A stretch of 64,000 nt of DNA from Hyphochytrium catenoides (taxonomy: Eukaryota; Protista; Hyphochytriomycota), in the NCBI GenBank assembly GCA_900088475.1, contig FLMG01002522.1, positions 62,001 to 126,000 on the forward strand, in the 5' to 3' direction. Shown here one piece after another: positions 12,701 through 24,400 of the stretch; position 1 is the first letter of the stretch, and every line of letters begins with the position of its first letter. The notes beneath the pieces were generated by a model that did no database searches, was not told the origin of the DNA, and saw nothing but the letters and a program-made list of their open reading frames with translations. A program made the translations under genes and the position numbers.

Positions 12701-13509
12701 GTTCTCGGGCGGCAAGGTAATAGTTTGAGGTGTCTGACCTCAGCAATTGTATTCGCACCTGCATTAGCTTGACGAACGTTTCTGTGAGCTTGGTCAACCA
12801 AGATGCCTCCAGACTTTGCATGACGTTCTTCGTATTGTCCGCGCTCTCCTTTGCTTTTGCTCCTTGTTCCTCCATGGCTGGTGCTCTACGTCTTGTCCTC
12901 CCCCGCTGGCCCCTTCGTCGCCTGACCGCATGCCGTCTGAAGTTTTCGAGAGTGTTGAGATCTTCGTCATTGCAGGGAAGAGGGGAGGACGACTACTCGG
13001 TACTCCTGGAAGTGAGTAAGGAGAAAAGGGTGAAGCTCGATGGATACATTAAGGAGGTGAAAACAAGAGTAGGTGCAAGTCGGCGTAATCAAGCCGTCAA
13101 GCATCTTCAACCTCCGGCTCCTAGAGAGAAAGCAGCATCTAGGGGGCTTGCAGAAGTAAGATCTGAAACGTGGACGCCACATCCTTTCCGTTCGATGCTT
13201 TACTTTGTCTGTCAAAATTGTTGCTGCTCGTTCTTTCTGCACCTATGTTGGCATGTAAGCCCTTCTTTAGGTTAGGTCAATCCTCCTTTCTCTAAAGCGA
13301 ATGCCTTTTGGTTCTAGGGAAAAGTGAAAGCAGTGACCACAGTGGTGCATACCACGAGGGGGAAGGTGAACGCTACTTTAACACCTGGCGGAAGGACTAG
13401 GATCAGAGGAGAAGATGTCTTTGCTTCAGGGAATAGTGGTGACGAAGATGGAGAAGAGCTAGATGAAGAGTCGTTTGAAGAAGGCCTCACTGAATCAGAC
13501 GAGGAGTAA
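6766..13509 (+). CDS. KNL2: KNL2/Mis18BP1-like centromere licensing factor (CENP-C-like motif, SANT/Myb domain, conserved C-terminal motif)
   Basis: Long disordered S/P/K/E-rich exons. CENPC-k-like motif SSRGRPRFKPVSFWTNERIDY (~10704-10766). SANT-like DWSTAEVAKK..VDPTQQNFWNLVAELVPGKTGIECHQKW (11741-12200). AKKGTLKNKRQLRNYVEE..GVDDDIFDSTPF resembles the Mis18BP1 C-terminal KVGTLKRKQQMREFLEQ..DDFFSTTP segment (recalled, not aligned). Start is tentative; N gap at 11480-11522. Confidence 0.75.
9970..10043. repeat. Intronic 22-bp minisatellite, about 3.4 copies
   Basis: CACTCTAGTCTGCCTTTTCTAA three times plus a partial copy. Confidence 0.9.
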
Positions 13510-14011
13510 TATCTATGTTGCTGACGATATTGTCAGCCTGTAGCATAACTAAATGATTATCTGTTCAATGGCTACTTGCCCGTTCTCAGTCAGCCGATTC
13601 AATCTAGAGGAAAGACGTTGGGGCAAGTTCGCTGGAGAAATGAGCAAGAATCAAGTGATTCGCATTGTTCACGTGTTCGAGGATGGACCTTGAGATTCAA
13701 AGGAAAACAGGCGGTGGAGAACCATCTGTGGCACCCTACTACCGTATCACTACAAGTCTTCTACCCATGATGATCCTCGCAGCTTGGCATATCACTTGAG
13801 AACTACCTCAATGAAAGGAGAGAGCCTACGTCGACGAGAGCTGAGGCTAAGTGTGAAAGAGTGAAGTGAGCACTTGCTTGAAATCCCGATGAGGACTGTA
13901 AGTGCAAGGATCAATTGATCTTTAGTAAAACTGTTACTGGCTTTCAACACTCCCGTTCACTATCCATAATGCAAGCCCGAGAGCAGAACAGAACTTCATT
14001 TACCGTACGAG

Positions 14012-16452
14012 CTACATTTTGCCCCATAAGGACACCATGAGTTCCGCTGTGATGAGGAAGATGATATACCACTCCAACCTCTCACCCTTACGAGTGCCCA
14101 ACACCTCCAGGAAAAACTGCACCGAGAAAGAGCAAGAGCGGCTTAGTACCAGAAATAACGGGCTACATTATACCAAAAGACAATCAACAAGGGCAAACTG
14201 GCGCTTCAAAAGAGCGCAGAAGAATAAAGCATGCTTTCAAGTAATAGGTGCCCAATACCTTGGAGTTATGCTGAATGAGATCAAGCTTGTAGTCCAGGTT
14301 CTTAAACCTTTCTGGAAGTTCAAACTCCTCCGAGAGCAGCTCCCATACCTAAGGCGATGAAGGATCACGTTCCGTGAGTCAGCAAAGCGCAATCTTATCT
14401 GTTGGTATTATGTGGGCACCCATCTTGCACTTTTCTAGAGGGATTCCCCTACAATGCCAGTATAGCTTATGTATTCATCGTTCATGTACCTACCTGGTGG
14501 TACTTGCGATGATCCCATTCTGCATCTCCTGGCTTCTTTCTATCAATGAGCTTCAACTTGGTGATTATATCTGTCAGAATGGTATTGTTGGTCGCAATTA
14601 GCTGGAAGAGCTTCTTTTTATGCAGGTCCTCATTGTATCGGCCCAGAAACTTCAGGTTCAGGGACCACCCGGTGCCATGTTGCTCGACATTGTCGTTCAA
14701 CGCCTGGAATTGCTCCAGAATGGAGTCCACTGCTTGCTCGTAGTACATGAGGGCAACTGTCTGACCTAGCACGCCTGCTATTGTCTGTGTGAGGGCCATA
14801 GCGAGGTTAGAATTTGCTATGCTATCGCTAGGCTTAGAATTGAAAGGAGAAAACAGCCCTTGATGCGGGAATGCACTTAATGGACCACACGTAGCAAGAC
14901 TGCCCAGGTTCTAGGGTGAGGTGACAATCTCCAGGTAAAAAAGGCTTCCACGAGACAATCTCAAGACCTAAGAGAGCAACCGTAGTCTAAGATGAGGGCA
15001 AAGCCCACCGACTCCAAGTGTTTGACAGGGCATCAAGACGAACGAGTCTATCACCTTGATTCCGTTGATATCAACGCGCTGCAAGGCGAGCCTATTGTCC
15101 TCGAGCTTGCACCAGTCCTTGAAGGTGGAGCAAGCAGCAACGTCCAGGAACTCCTCGTGCTTCATCATTTCAAAGATTCCGGAGCTAATGTTACGGACTT
15201 CGGCCTAAAAGCAAAACGTCAGGTAAAAGTCCTTGGACTAGATTGAAGCACAGGAGGTCAGCACTAAAAGAAAGGAGACACAAGGTAAGGAAGAGAGGGG
15301 CTTATAAGCTGGGGAGCTGCTTGGGAGACAGGCATCACAGAACTGAACATGGGACTTAGGACGAATACGCGAGTACAGTGAATATGGTTTAATTGATGAC
15401 CACAACCAAGCAAGAGCTAGCCATAAGGGCGGGCGGTGAATGCCTCTAGGCGGAATTACCTTTAGAGTAGAGATGACCAGATCATCGCAGTTGAAAAACA
15501 CACATGCACCATAGTCAAAGTAGACGGCGTAGGCATCCTGAGCGCGGCGAGTAGGGATGCCGTTGATATTCAGGCTTGGTGAGCGTTCTCTCCCTGAAGG
15601 CTAAATGCAGACATAGTGGATATTCAGCAGACGACAATTGTAAGGTCCGCTGCACTTGAAGGTAAGAGATTGTAATCGAAATCGCGAAGAGAAGACAACA
15701 GTGACGTCGCGAAGGTAGTTCAGCCATAACGTGCCTTCGCAGTGCTGCTTATTCTTACGACCACGCTGTTTTTGTTCATATGCACCGTGCTGGAGCTATA
15801 CAACTTCTGAAACACCTTCACGATGTCAATTCGTCTAGCGAAATGGACAGCCTTTATATTCATTGTTTCACAGACTACGGGTGATCCTTTAGAGCTGTCG
15901 TCTTCCACCTCCTGCAGCATGTTTAAGCCATTCATCAGTTAGCAATATACCCCTCAAACCAGAGGATGACTCACATTACTTGGCAGCCTGTTCTCCACAG
16001 GAAGCAGCACGATGTCCTGCATAATAAGGTTTAGCAAACTGTCCTCCAAAGTTGTATCAACCAAAAGCAGCTCCCACCTGAAGCTCGTAGGGCACCGTAC
16101 CAACCGGCTCTAGCCTTGTTTCGTCAACATCGCTGAAAGGATTCCCAGTCCAAAGCGTAGGGGCTCCTTGGCCACCTTTATCGGAAGGGCTAAGATGACA
16201 TTAGATATCGCGTACCAATGAGGGGCAGCCAACAAGGGCACAAGCAAGTACCTGGATGTAGATAGGTGTCGAGGATGAGCGCAACCATATCGTCCACTGC
16301 TAATGAAAGCTTTTCCTGCGTGCTTCCTCACTATGCCACGGCCCACTCTGTAGCTACTTGGGTATCTACGGTGATTAGAAAAGTGCGATGAGCCTCCCCA
16401 TTGACCCAAAGGCGCGGGAGACAACTTACAGTCCGCGAAGGAAGCAGCTCAT
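14012..16452 (-). CDS. RMD1/RMND1 (DUF155) family protein with probable mitochondrial presequence
   Basis: Spliced N-terminus MSCFLRGLYPSSYRVGRGIVRKHAGKAF.. is Arg-rich and acid-free. Family-like segments: IKAVHFARRID, YAVYFDYGACVFFN, GVLGQTVALMYYE, EEFELPERFKNLDYKL, FFLEVLGTRKGERLEWYIIFLITAELMVSLWGKM*. Confidence 0.88.
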
Positions 16453-16808
16453 TCTTGCTTGTCAGGTGTTACAACCGCTAACAATAGTTCCAGTACTAGA
16501 GAATGCAAATCAGTCGCAATCTATACCCGCTCTGAGCCCCAACCCGTGTTTCGTCGGGGTGGTCAACCTGAATATCCCAGGCAGAGAATAGTCGGGGAGG
16601 TGATGTCAATATAAGATTCAGACCCAGAAACGAAGCTCACATAAAAAACCACTGAAAGCTCAACTTCTTTTACAGACAACGAACACAGAGGCCATTCTGA
16701 TTCGTAGACAGAGCTTCGCGTCCAGCGGCCCGCTAACGACGAAGTAATCGTCGATCGTCTTTTTGGGTCTTCATATATCTAAGCCTTTCCTCCAAACTCA
16801 GCAAAAGC

Positions 16809-16888
16809 GGTGCGATGGCCGAGGGGTCTAAGGCGCCAGGTTTAGGCCCTGGTCCGTGAGGGCGTGGGTTCGAATCCCACTCGCATCA
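16809..16888 (+). tRNA. trnL-UAG: tRNA-Leu, anticodon UAG, copy 1
   Basis: Acceptor stem GGTGCGA/TCGCATC, A box TGGCCGAGGGG, anticodon arm CCAGG-TTTAGGC-CCTGG, long variable arm, B box GGTTCGAATCC, T6 Pol III terminator at 16893-16898. Confidence 0.96.
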
Positions 16889-16976
16889 AAACTTTTTTGT
16901 GAGTTCCTCCTAGCACTAAGCAAAACGGCGTTCGACGTTTATGTACATTGCTGGAACATCTGTTTTCCAATCAAAG

Positions 16977-17056
16977 GGTGCGATGGCCGAGGGGTCTAAG
17001 GCGCCAGGTTTAGGCCCTGGTCCGAGAGGGCGTGGGTTCGAATCCCACTCGCATCA
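16977..17056 (+). tRNA. trnL-UAG: tRNA-Leu, anticodon UAG, copy 2
   Basis: Identical to copy 1 except one variable-loop base (GTGA vs GAGA); followed by AAAC and a T7 terminator. Confidence 0.96.
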
Positions 17057-17102
17057 AAACTTTTTTTCTTTATCTTGATTTTTTATTATAAAGTACAGTA
17101 NN

Positions 17103-18200
17103 GTCTGTAGAGGCGGCTTGATAAACTCGGTGGCGTCGTAAAACGGTAATTCTCCCTTCCTCCCTCCTACGAGTACTGCGTGCCCTTGGTTCTTCATTAT
17201 GAGGGCACTGAGGAAGCTAATGCTATAAACCAGAGAAACAATAAGTTCTACTTGTTGCCTTTATTTATATGTCCGCCGCCAGATCTGTTGAGAGGATTCA
17301 TGTCTCTGATGATGGCGGTGGCGGGCGGCGCAGCTGTCAGTCCCGACATCCTCATCATCTACCTCCTCCTTTTGTTTATCGTCTTCTTCAATTTTGGTCC
17401 TTATCATTATGACAACGATGATGGTAAGCGCTACTACTATTCCTGTTATATGTCTTACTTCTTGCTGCGCGCGCTACCGTGAAGGAATCCCTCTGCTGCG
17501 TGATGTTTGTCTGAACTGAAGACCAGGCCAGCCAAGACTGTACAGAGAGGCAAAGCACCTTTTTATTCTCTGTCTTTGGCCTTATAACCATTACTAATGG
17601 TAGCCCTAGACCGATCTGGTGGTGCCGGCACAAGAAAAGGAGGAGAGAGGGAGGACGATGATCGATGATGGCTGCACAACAACAGAAGCGGGTGTGGCAG
17701 TAGGTATAGGAGAAGGCGAAGATAATGGAGGAGGGCGCGGAAAAGGAAGACGACTATCTATCTAATGTTCGTTATTGGTGATGGTCTTTTTGATCTTTGA
17801 AGTAGAGAATAGTTTTTCTTGCTGCAGGGTTATGGAAGATGGTTGTTGGTGCATTATCTACATCTTCTTATCATCATCAGGTATCCGTGGCGGTGGTTAG
17901 TAGGGTTAGGCGTAGCTATCAATTTCCTCATAGAAAAAAGGGCATTATGATAAGATATATGGTAGTAGTCGATGGTGGGGCGGATGGTTGCTGAAAGGAA
18001 GAGCTTCGGTCGCCTACTGGTCGCAACTATTCTCCCAAAAGTCTCACCTGGGATTGTGCCATTCATTCGCTAAAACGTCTCCATTAGAGCTCTCGTTCAA
18101 AGAGTTTACCCCTGCACCAATAGATATATTTGGCCTTTTTCGAAGGTGTCATCGTGGTAGAGTAGGCCAGCAGCAGACAGCTGTTACTCGCGAACTCTAA
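17103..18200. pseudogene. Decayed coding-like or mobile-element relic with TpA excess
   Basis: Triplet-like low-complexity sequence with broken ORFs. Five TAG codons in one + frame within 17898-17933. No recognisable protein family. Confidence 0.3.
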
Positions 18201-18498
18201 TACGTAGAACAAGAGACTTCACATTGGACCTGCTTTCATATCGCACGAGAGCTCAGCAGTGTCTCCATAAGGAGAATGAAGTCCCTTGCAGTCGTGGGCG
18301 ATCACTGATAGCTGTTCAGCATGCCCTATACATAAAATGGTGTAGCAGAGTTATAGCTTAGTATTAGTCGACAGGAAAAATTCTCGCCGATCTGGTGGTG
18401 GCGACTACTTCCATTTTATAATCTCACTTTTATTTTTGCCAACTAATCGTGTCTTATTATCCTTTGCGTTCTTTCTAAACCTCCTCTGTCGTGCAACA

Positions 18499-21400
18499 CT
18501 AGTCGGTGGTTAGCGCCGACAGTGAATCTGCGAACCAGTTTGTTCCCCTTGCAGGCTCCGGCCGCTTGATTACGAAGAGGCCCACTTCACATTTAGCAAT
18601 CTCTAAGGTCTTTCCTCCATCCTTTGCCTTGCCCCTGCTGACCGCCATCACGGCCACTCCTGAGATCATTGATGGACCGAGCGTTTTGTCTCCGAGTGAA
18701 CCGGCCATAATATCGACGTACGATGTGTCTGTCTGTCAACGCACTAGAAACTCTAGGGAAGGACCTTAATGGGAGCGGTGTCCTATGTGCGCCTAGCCAT
18801 TAAGTTAGGCACATCTTATCCCTATCATCCCGCTTACAAGGTCTGGGAGGTATTGCTGTAAAGCTCGATGCCACCTAGCCTCTCCGCCAACACTCGTTGC
18901 AATTGCGGTCTGATGTCGGGAACAACAGCGAGGAAATTCTCAAAGCTTTCAACTGTCAGCGAAAGCAGCAAAGAATCCTGCCTTGCCACGACAGTCGCCG
19001 TACGGGGCTTTCTATCGATCAGTGCTAACTCTCCAATCCCCTCGCCTGGAGAGCACCATGAAAGGATGAGAACATGGCATAGGGCAGAGAAGGTAGTGGG
19101 AGCAGGGAAGGGGATGTCCTCAAGTGTTTTTCGCACAGATTTCAACATATTGCCCTACCTGGCCGTAGCTGCTTCACCTCAGCCTCGACGATCTGACCTT
19201 CTTGGTCTTGCCTCTTTAGTACGGAGCAGAAACCAGACAGAAGGATAAAGAACTTGCTTCCCTTGTCCCCTTCTGTATAAACACATCCTTTAGATTAACT
19301 CCATATCGCGTTATAGGTGGCCCTTCACTTTTCACGTCATTCTTGTGGAACACTTCCATCCCCCTAGTGGTATGTCGCTGTCAAAAAGATGGCATAAGGT
19401 AAATCCCCTGCTTACTCTTCTGCCTCCTTCTCGACGATTTGCCCCTTTGAGACTTACCCTTAAAGATTTTGGTGCCAGCATCTATGCTTTCAAACCTGAA
19501 GAGCTCCGCCAGCAGCTGCCACTCTCTCGCATTGGGCTGCTGGACGAGGCTTTGGAAAAACGGGATTCTCAAAATCGATTGAGCCATACGGCCACTTGCA
19601 ATGTTCATGAACGTCTTCTTTAGCTCTGGGAAGATCTGAGTTTGCCCGGGAAGGACAATGAGTGTAAATAATAGTCTAGGTTGCACAGTGAGAATTGTTT
19701 GCGGCCACCATAAGAGAGTACGCAACGGCTGATCAAAGCAGAGATGGTCACCAGGTAACCCATTACCAATCACGCGTAGCTTTGGCCACGACAAACTTTA
19801 GAATAAGAGGTCGGGAGATGGAGGTGTCAGACCTTCAAAAACTTGTCAAACTCCTCTGCTCCAAGCCTAAGGAGCGTACAGGGAGAAGTCGCCCTCGCAC
19901 TCGATACCCATGGTCTCGGTCGCAGTAACGAATGCTCGCCAATGTATTCACCCCGTCCAAGGTGCCTGAGAGAGACCTGCGTATGGATGATTATATAAGC
20001 CAAGGGTTTATCCAAGGTAAAATACCTCGTCCACGGAAACCTCATAAAGTTGACAGTAAATCGACAGTGTGACGTGAGCAAATCCGCTTCTATCAAGTGT
20101 GAAGCAAGAAGCCCAAAAAGGCGGACAGGAAGAGGTAGCATTGAGGCAGATGATCGTAGAAGTGGCATACGGGGGAGAAGCGGTTCAAACAGGAAACAGT
20201 ACCTCTAGCCCATTCCTATTTTTGGTATAGATCTCTAGCTCGCCATTGACTACGAGACAGAAGCAAGCAGCCATTTCTCCCTCCCGGAAGACCTGTGAAC
20301 GAGGGGTGTGCTTAGCTCCAACATTGAGGCAAAAACTGCTCAGGTAGGCAAACAAACGAGAAAAAGAAGGGACAACGGTGACCCACATCTGCTGCTGGAT
20401 TGTAGTGCTGCATTTTGAAGAGAGAACCCAGAACTCTCAGCCTGCTGTCATCGAAACCTCGAAACAAAGCCAGTGCAGATAGAGCAGATGGCAGTCTCAA
20501 AGAGAATAAATACGCGAGATTGGAGCCAAGATCCGGCATCTTTCGGCTGAGGGCATCAAGATTCTCTCTACCAAGTGTTCGGTGGTAGCGAGCCGCGCCA
20601 TACGGATATCCAAGTTAGAGGTACTGGACATGATGGCTAAAAATACTGAAGGAGAGCACAAGCCTCACCCGGAAAGGCACAGCAACGTCGACGGAACAGA
20701 CGAGATCATTGACAGCTGCATTGAAGCATCCCTATCGACGTTGGCAGAGCCTAAGGGCAAAGAACTCTCGCCAAAGTGATCAAATGGCCCCATTTCGTGA
20801 AGAACCAAACTCCCATTACTTGACTGTCTTTCGTGTACTCCTTCAGCATCTGAATTCCAAGCAATGCTCACTCTTCCGGACAGAATGACAAATATCTCCT
20901 TTTCCTACAGCCCAATTATATGGACAATGTGAGAATTGTGAGTGAGAGACAGATAGCAATGGAAGCAAGGGGGCTTGAGAGATAGTATTAGGATGTGCGA
21001 GACTATACCTTTTTCAGAGGACTATGTAGGGGAACTTTGGCTGAAACCTGTCTCAACTGCAGGAAGTTCCCAAGTGAGACCAAGGCATTGTGACTGACCT
21101 GTTCACCGTAACATCAGCTACAATCAATTCGCAAGCTGATACAGTTTACTGGTAGAGTATGATGGGCGTAAGTCAAGCAAGCATAGCTCTGCCAAAAGAG
21201 AGAGAACCACACGTCTACAGAATAGCCGAGAAGGAGATGAACACTGAGCGAACGGTTTCGCCGCAGGGGCTCTTATTTAACGGCGCAGGACGCTTCGAGG
21301 ATAAGGACTAGGTAAAGAAGAGCAGGTAGAAATTGGAAGGAAGACCCGGACGAGGCCGAAAAAGCGTAGCAACAAGGCAAAGAGTTTCCAGGCAGACTAG

Positions 21401-24400
21401 GATTCAATAACGGTAGAGAACAGGAGCAGGAGAGCAGAATAGAATCAAGCACCTTTCTTGATGCCAATTCCTCTTCAGGCGTCACTATCAATGAGGCTGC
21501 AAAAAGGGGAATGCGCAGAAGGCTTTCTGCGCTGAACAGAGAGAGAGCAAAGACCGGGATATTTCCACTGATTCTCTCCCAGCTTGACAACTGATGCTGG
21601 GTCGGGGCCCGAAGCCTCAGCATTGCATACACCGGCGCATGGTCGCTGGACCTGAGACGAGGCTCGTGGGCGTAGGTATCACAGATTATCTGTCAGGTGA
21701 TGGAGATATGGATTGGTCAGAGAACACAACTTCAGGAGCTTCAAGCGTCCCATAGGAAGGTTATCGAGTGGTAGAGGCCACTGGAAAGGAGAGCAGACAT
21801 GTAATGGTCCCAAGTGGCAAAGCAGAGGGAAGGGAATCACAAGTAGTGCAGGAATCAGGCGGAAATAGGTTATCCTCACCTCAACTTCTTCTGATGTACG
21901 TTCGGGGGATCTCCATAAGATCCTGTCCGTATAGCTTGGCGTGCGCTGACTAGTTTTGCCTTCCCCGTCATCGACCTGGAGGCTGTAGCATCTTTGTATA
22001 CGGAATGGGCATTAGACCCAATCCCTTGCGCTTTTCTTATTTCATGCTCCCCCTAAATCTTGATAAAGTCCCTCATCTGATACTTTACCAAGGTCCTCAC
22101 CTCTTACTTCTTTAGTCTTGAAGTTCCCTAACAACTCTACTTCACGTTCCTAACCCTAACCCCACGTGAGGGAACCCAGAAGCCCATCCAGCTCTTGCCG
22201 ATCAGTGTTTGCTTTTGCGGTGTCTTAGGTTTGGCGTGCTGTGCATGGCTAATCTCTTTTTCTATCTTGGGTGGGCCGTTCCCCGAGGCTGCTAATTTCT
22301 CACCTTCTGAGCTCCGCTAGATCGGTATAGTCACCAGGGTCCGAGCCCACGATTCTCCTGAAGGTTGGCGGGAATGTGATCCTGGCCTCGTGAAAGTCTT
22401 GAAGAACTGCGCCGTCGTCCATAGCTTTTTTGAGCTCATCAGCCTTTATAAGCGTCTTCCAGGAACCTTTTTCGCTTCCTTCACTCTTCACGCCCTGTTC
22501 TGGTTCATCTCTACCTAGATCTGCCTGCGCAGCGGCCGCAATGGCTTGAAGTGCCGACTCTGGCTCCATGTTGAGGCGATAATTGAGATCACCAAAGAGG
22601 ATGACTACGCCGTCATAAGGCGCTTTACGGTCTCCTAACCCTAACCTATCCCGCTCGAGCGTCTGGGCATACTGGTAGTCACTCCGCCCATGGCGTTTAG
22701 GGCCGAAGGAGCGAAGATCCTCATGAGGAGGCTCCTTAGCTCTATCAGTGGTCAAAGTATCTTTTCCTTTCGCTTCCTCACTTCCGTGGTAACTATCGGT
22801 TGAAGCACTATGGAGTGGTGGCCCCTTACTCGCTGCTCGTCCTCTTTTTCCCTCATGCTCGTCGACCAGAGCCGAAGAATAACGCTCAGAACTGTTGGAT
22901 GTAGGTGCTCTACTATTGTCTTCATTATAGGTCTGCAAGGGCAGCGTATGGAGGTTAGACTCTAAGAGTTGCGAACAAGTAAGGTGGAAGAAGATGATTA
23001 GGACCACACGGTAAAAGGTTAACACATCCAGAGCTTTCTGGGTTCCTAAGAACTGTCTACGTGTGTCTGTTTCTTGTGGTCATTTCTGCGTTACCTTATC
23101 GTCGAATTCTGCTTGCTGATATAAAGATTGAGATGTCCCGCCTTCTCCTCTTTCCTGCCGCTCATCACCTTCACCTGTGAAATCTTTGAGGTTACCAGTT
23201 CAGGTACTTTCTGCTAGAGTTCCAAGCGGTCGATCTATCCCAGATGTCGTACGCCTTTACCATCCATTTGCAATAACTTCATTTTCTCCCACATGCGCGT
23301 GGGGACCTCATTGCCCTCTTACCGCGTTATTCCCCGAAGCTACAAACCCAGCACTTATCTTGTTCCAGAAGCTCTCTACGTACCATCAGGGCTTGTTTCC
23401 TTAGAGACACTATTCTGTCTCCGCCAGTGGGCGTTATCCAGGCCTAAGTCTTTGAGAATCTCTTTGATATCCTGGTTCCTTTTGGTCAGGAACGATTTCC
23501 CTGTGCGCACACGAAGATGACGGAAAATGATGATTAGGAGCATCGTCCATCGCTGTGGCCCTCGCACACGGAATGCGTTGCTCCTTGTTATGCTGCTAAG
23601 CTTTGGAAAAGAAAGAAGGGACAGAGGCTGCAAACTCGTTACTTTGTAGGAGCATACGCACAGAAGTAAGGGGCGATAGAGCCCGGTAAGGTGAAACCAT
23701 GAAGGCTGGAGTAAGGAAGCCAACGATGTAACCTTTCTGATCCGCAGCGAGATGGCACGTGACGAAAGTTATTTTTGTATCGCGATCTGCGCTTGCACCC
23801 TTGGGGGAAAGTGTGATCGGAAGAGTCAAGCTCACAGCACCCTTATTGCTGGCCCGAGCTACACGGAGGTCCTTTCCCCTCTTCACGGTTCCCCTGGATG
23901 GGAAGGGAAGTTATTAGAATGAGGTCACCACTCAAAACTACAGCATCGCGGGTCCTGCCTCCGGGGCGTAACCTCCACTAGTTCCGTCCTACTCACCTCA
24001 CAATCTCTTCTCCACCCCTGACAAATTCAGCTTTGACAAAAACAATTAGTGCAATGTAGCCATGGTATCCAAGCGTCTTGTTGGCACTTCCTATTTCGTG
24101 GCAGAAGTCCAAGTAGTCGCCCTTCAGACAAGCTCGAGCAGCTATAACAAGGAAGAGAAGAATAGAGTCAACACTAAGATAGAAAAGCGTCAATACGAGT
24201 CAGCCCCTTCCTGCCTGCTCAAACCTGTTCTCTTACCCTGCTTGAATTGCTCCGTGTCCATACATTCCTGGACGCCGAATGCATAAAGATCGCAGTGAGG
24301 AGGCACCCAGAAAGATAAAGAAGGGGAAGGAGCCTCTCCCATATTCCAAGTGGCAACAAATATCTTCAGCGACACAAGTGTACGGGACGAGTCGAAGGTT

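Noticed and set aside
16809-17056. tRNAs with 'TAG' in the anticodon loop as amber suppressors or a sign of an alternative genetic code
   Set aside because: Anticodon UAG reads CUA (Leu); a suppressor would need anticodon CUA. Conserved genes such as PIGA, ACOX, NDUFB7 and PAP2 splice without in-frame stops and end in TAG, TAA or TGA.
20900-21460. Treating the cNMP domains and the 5-phosphatase as two separate genes
   Set aside because: A phase-compatible exon (21098-21009) links them, and the first cNMP helix shares an exon with the phosphatase C-terminal motif.
22149-22165. CCCTAA telomere-like units (also ~22635)
   Set aside because: Only about two units each, one inside coding sequence; expected by chance.
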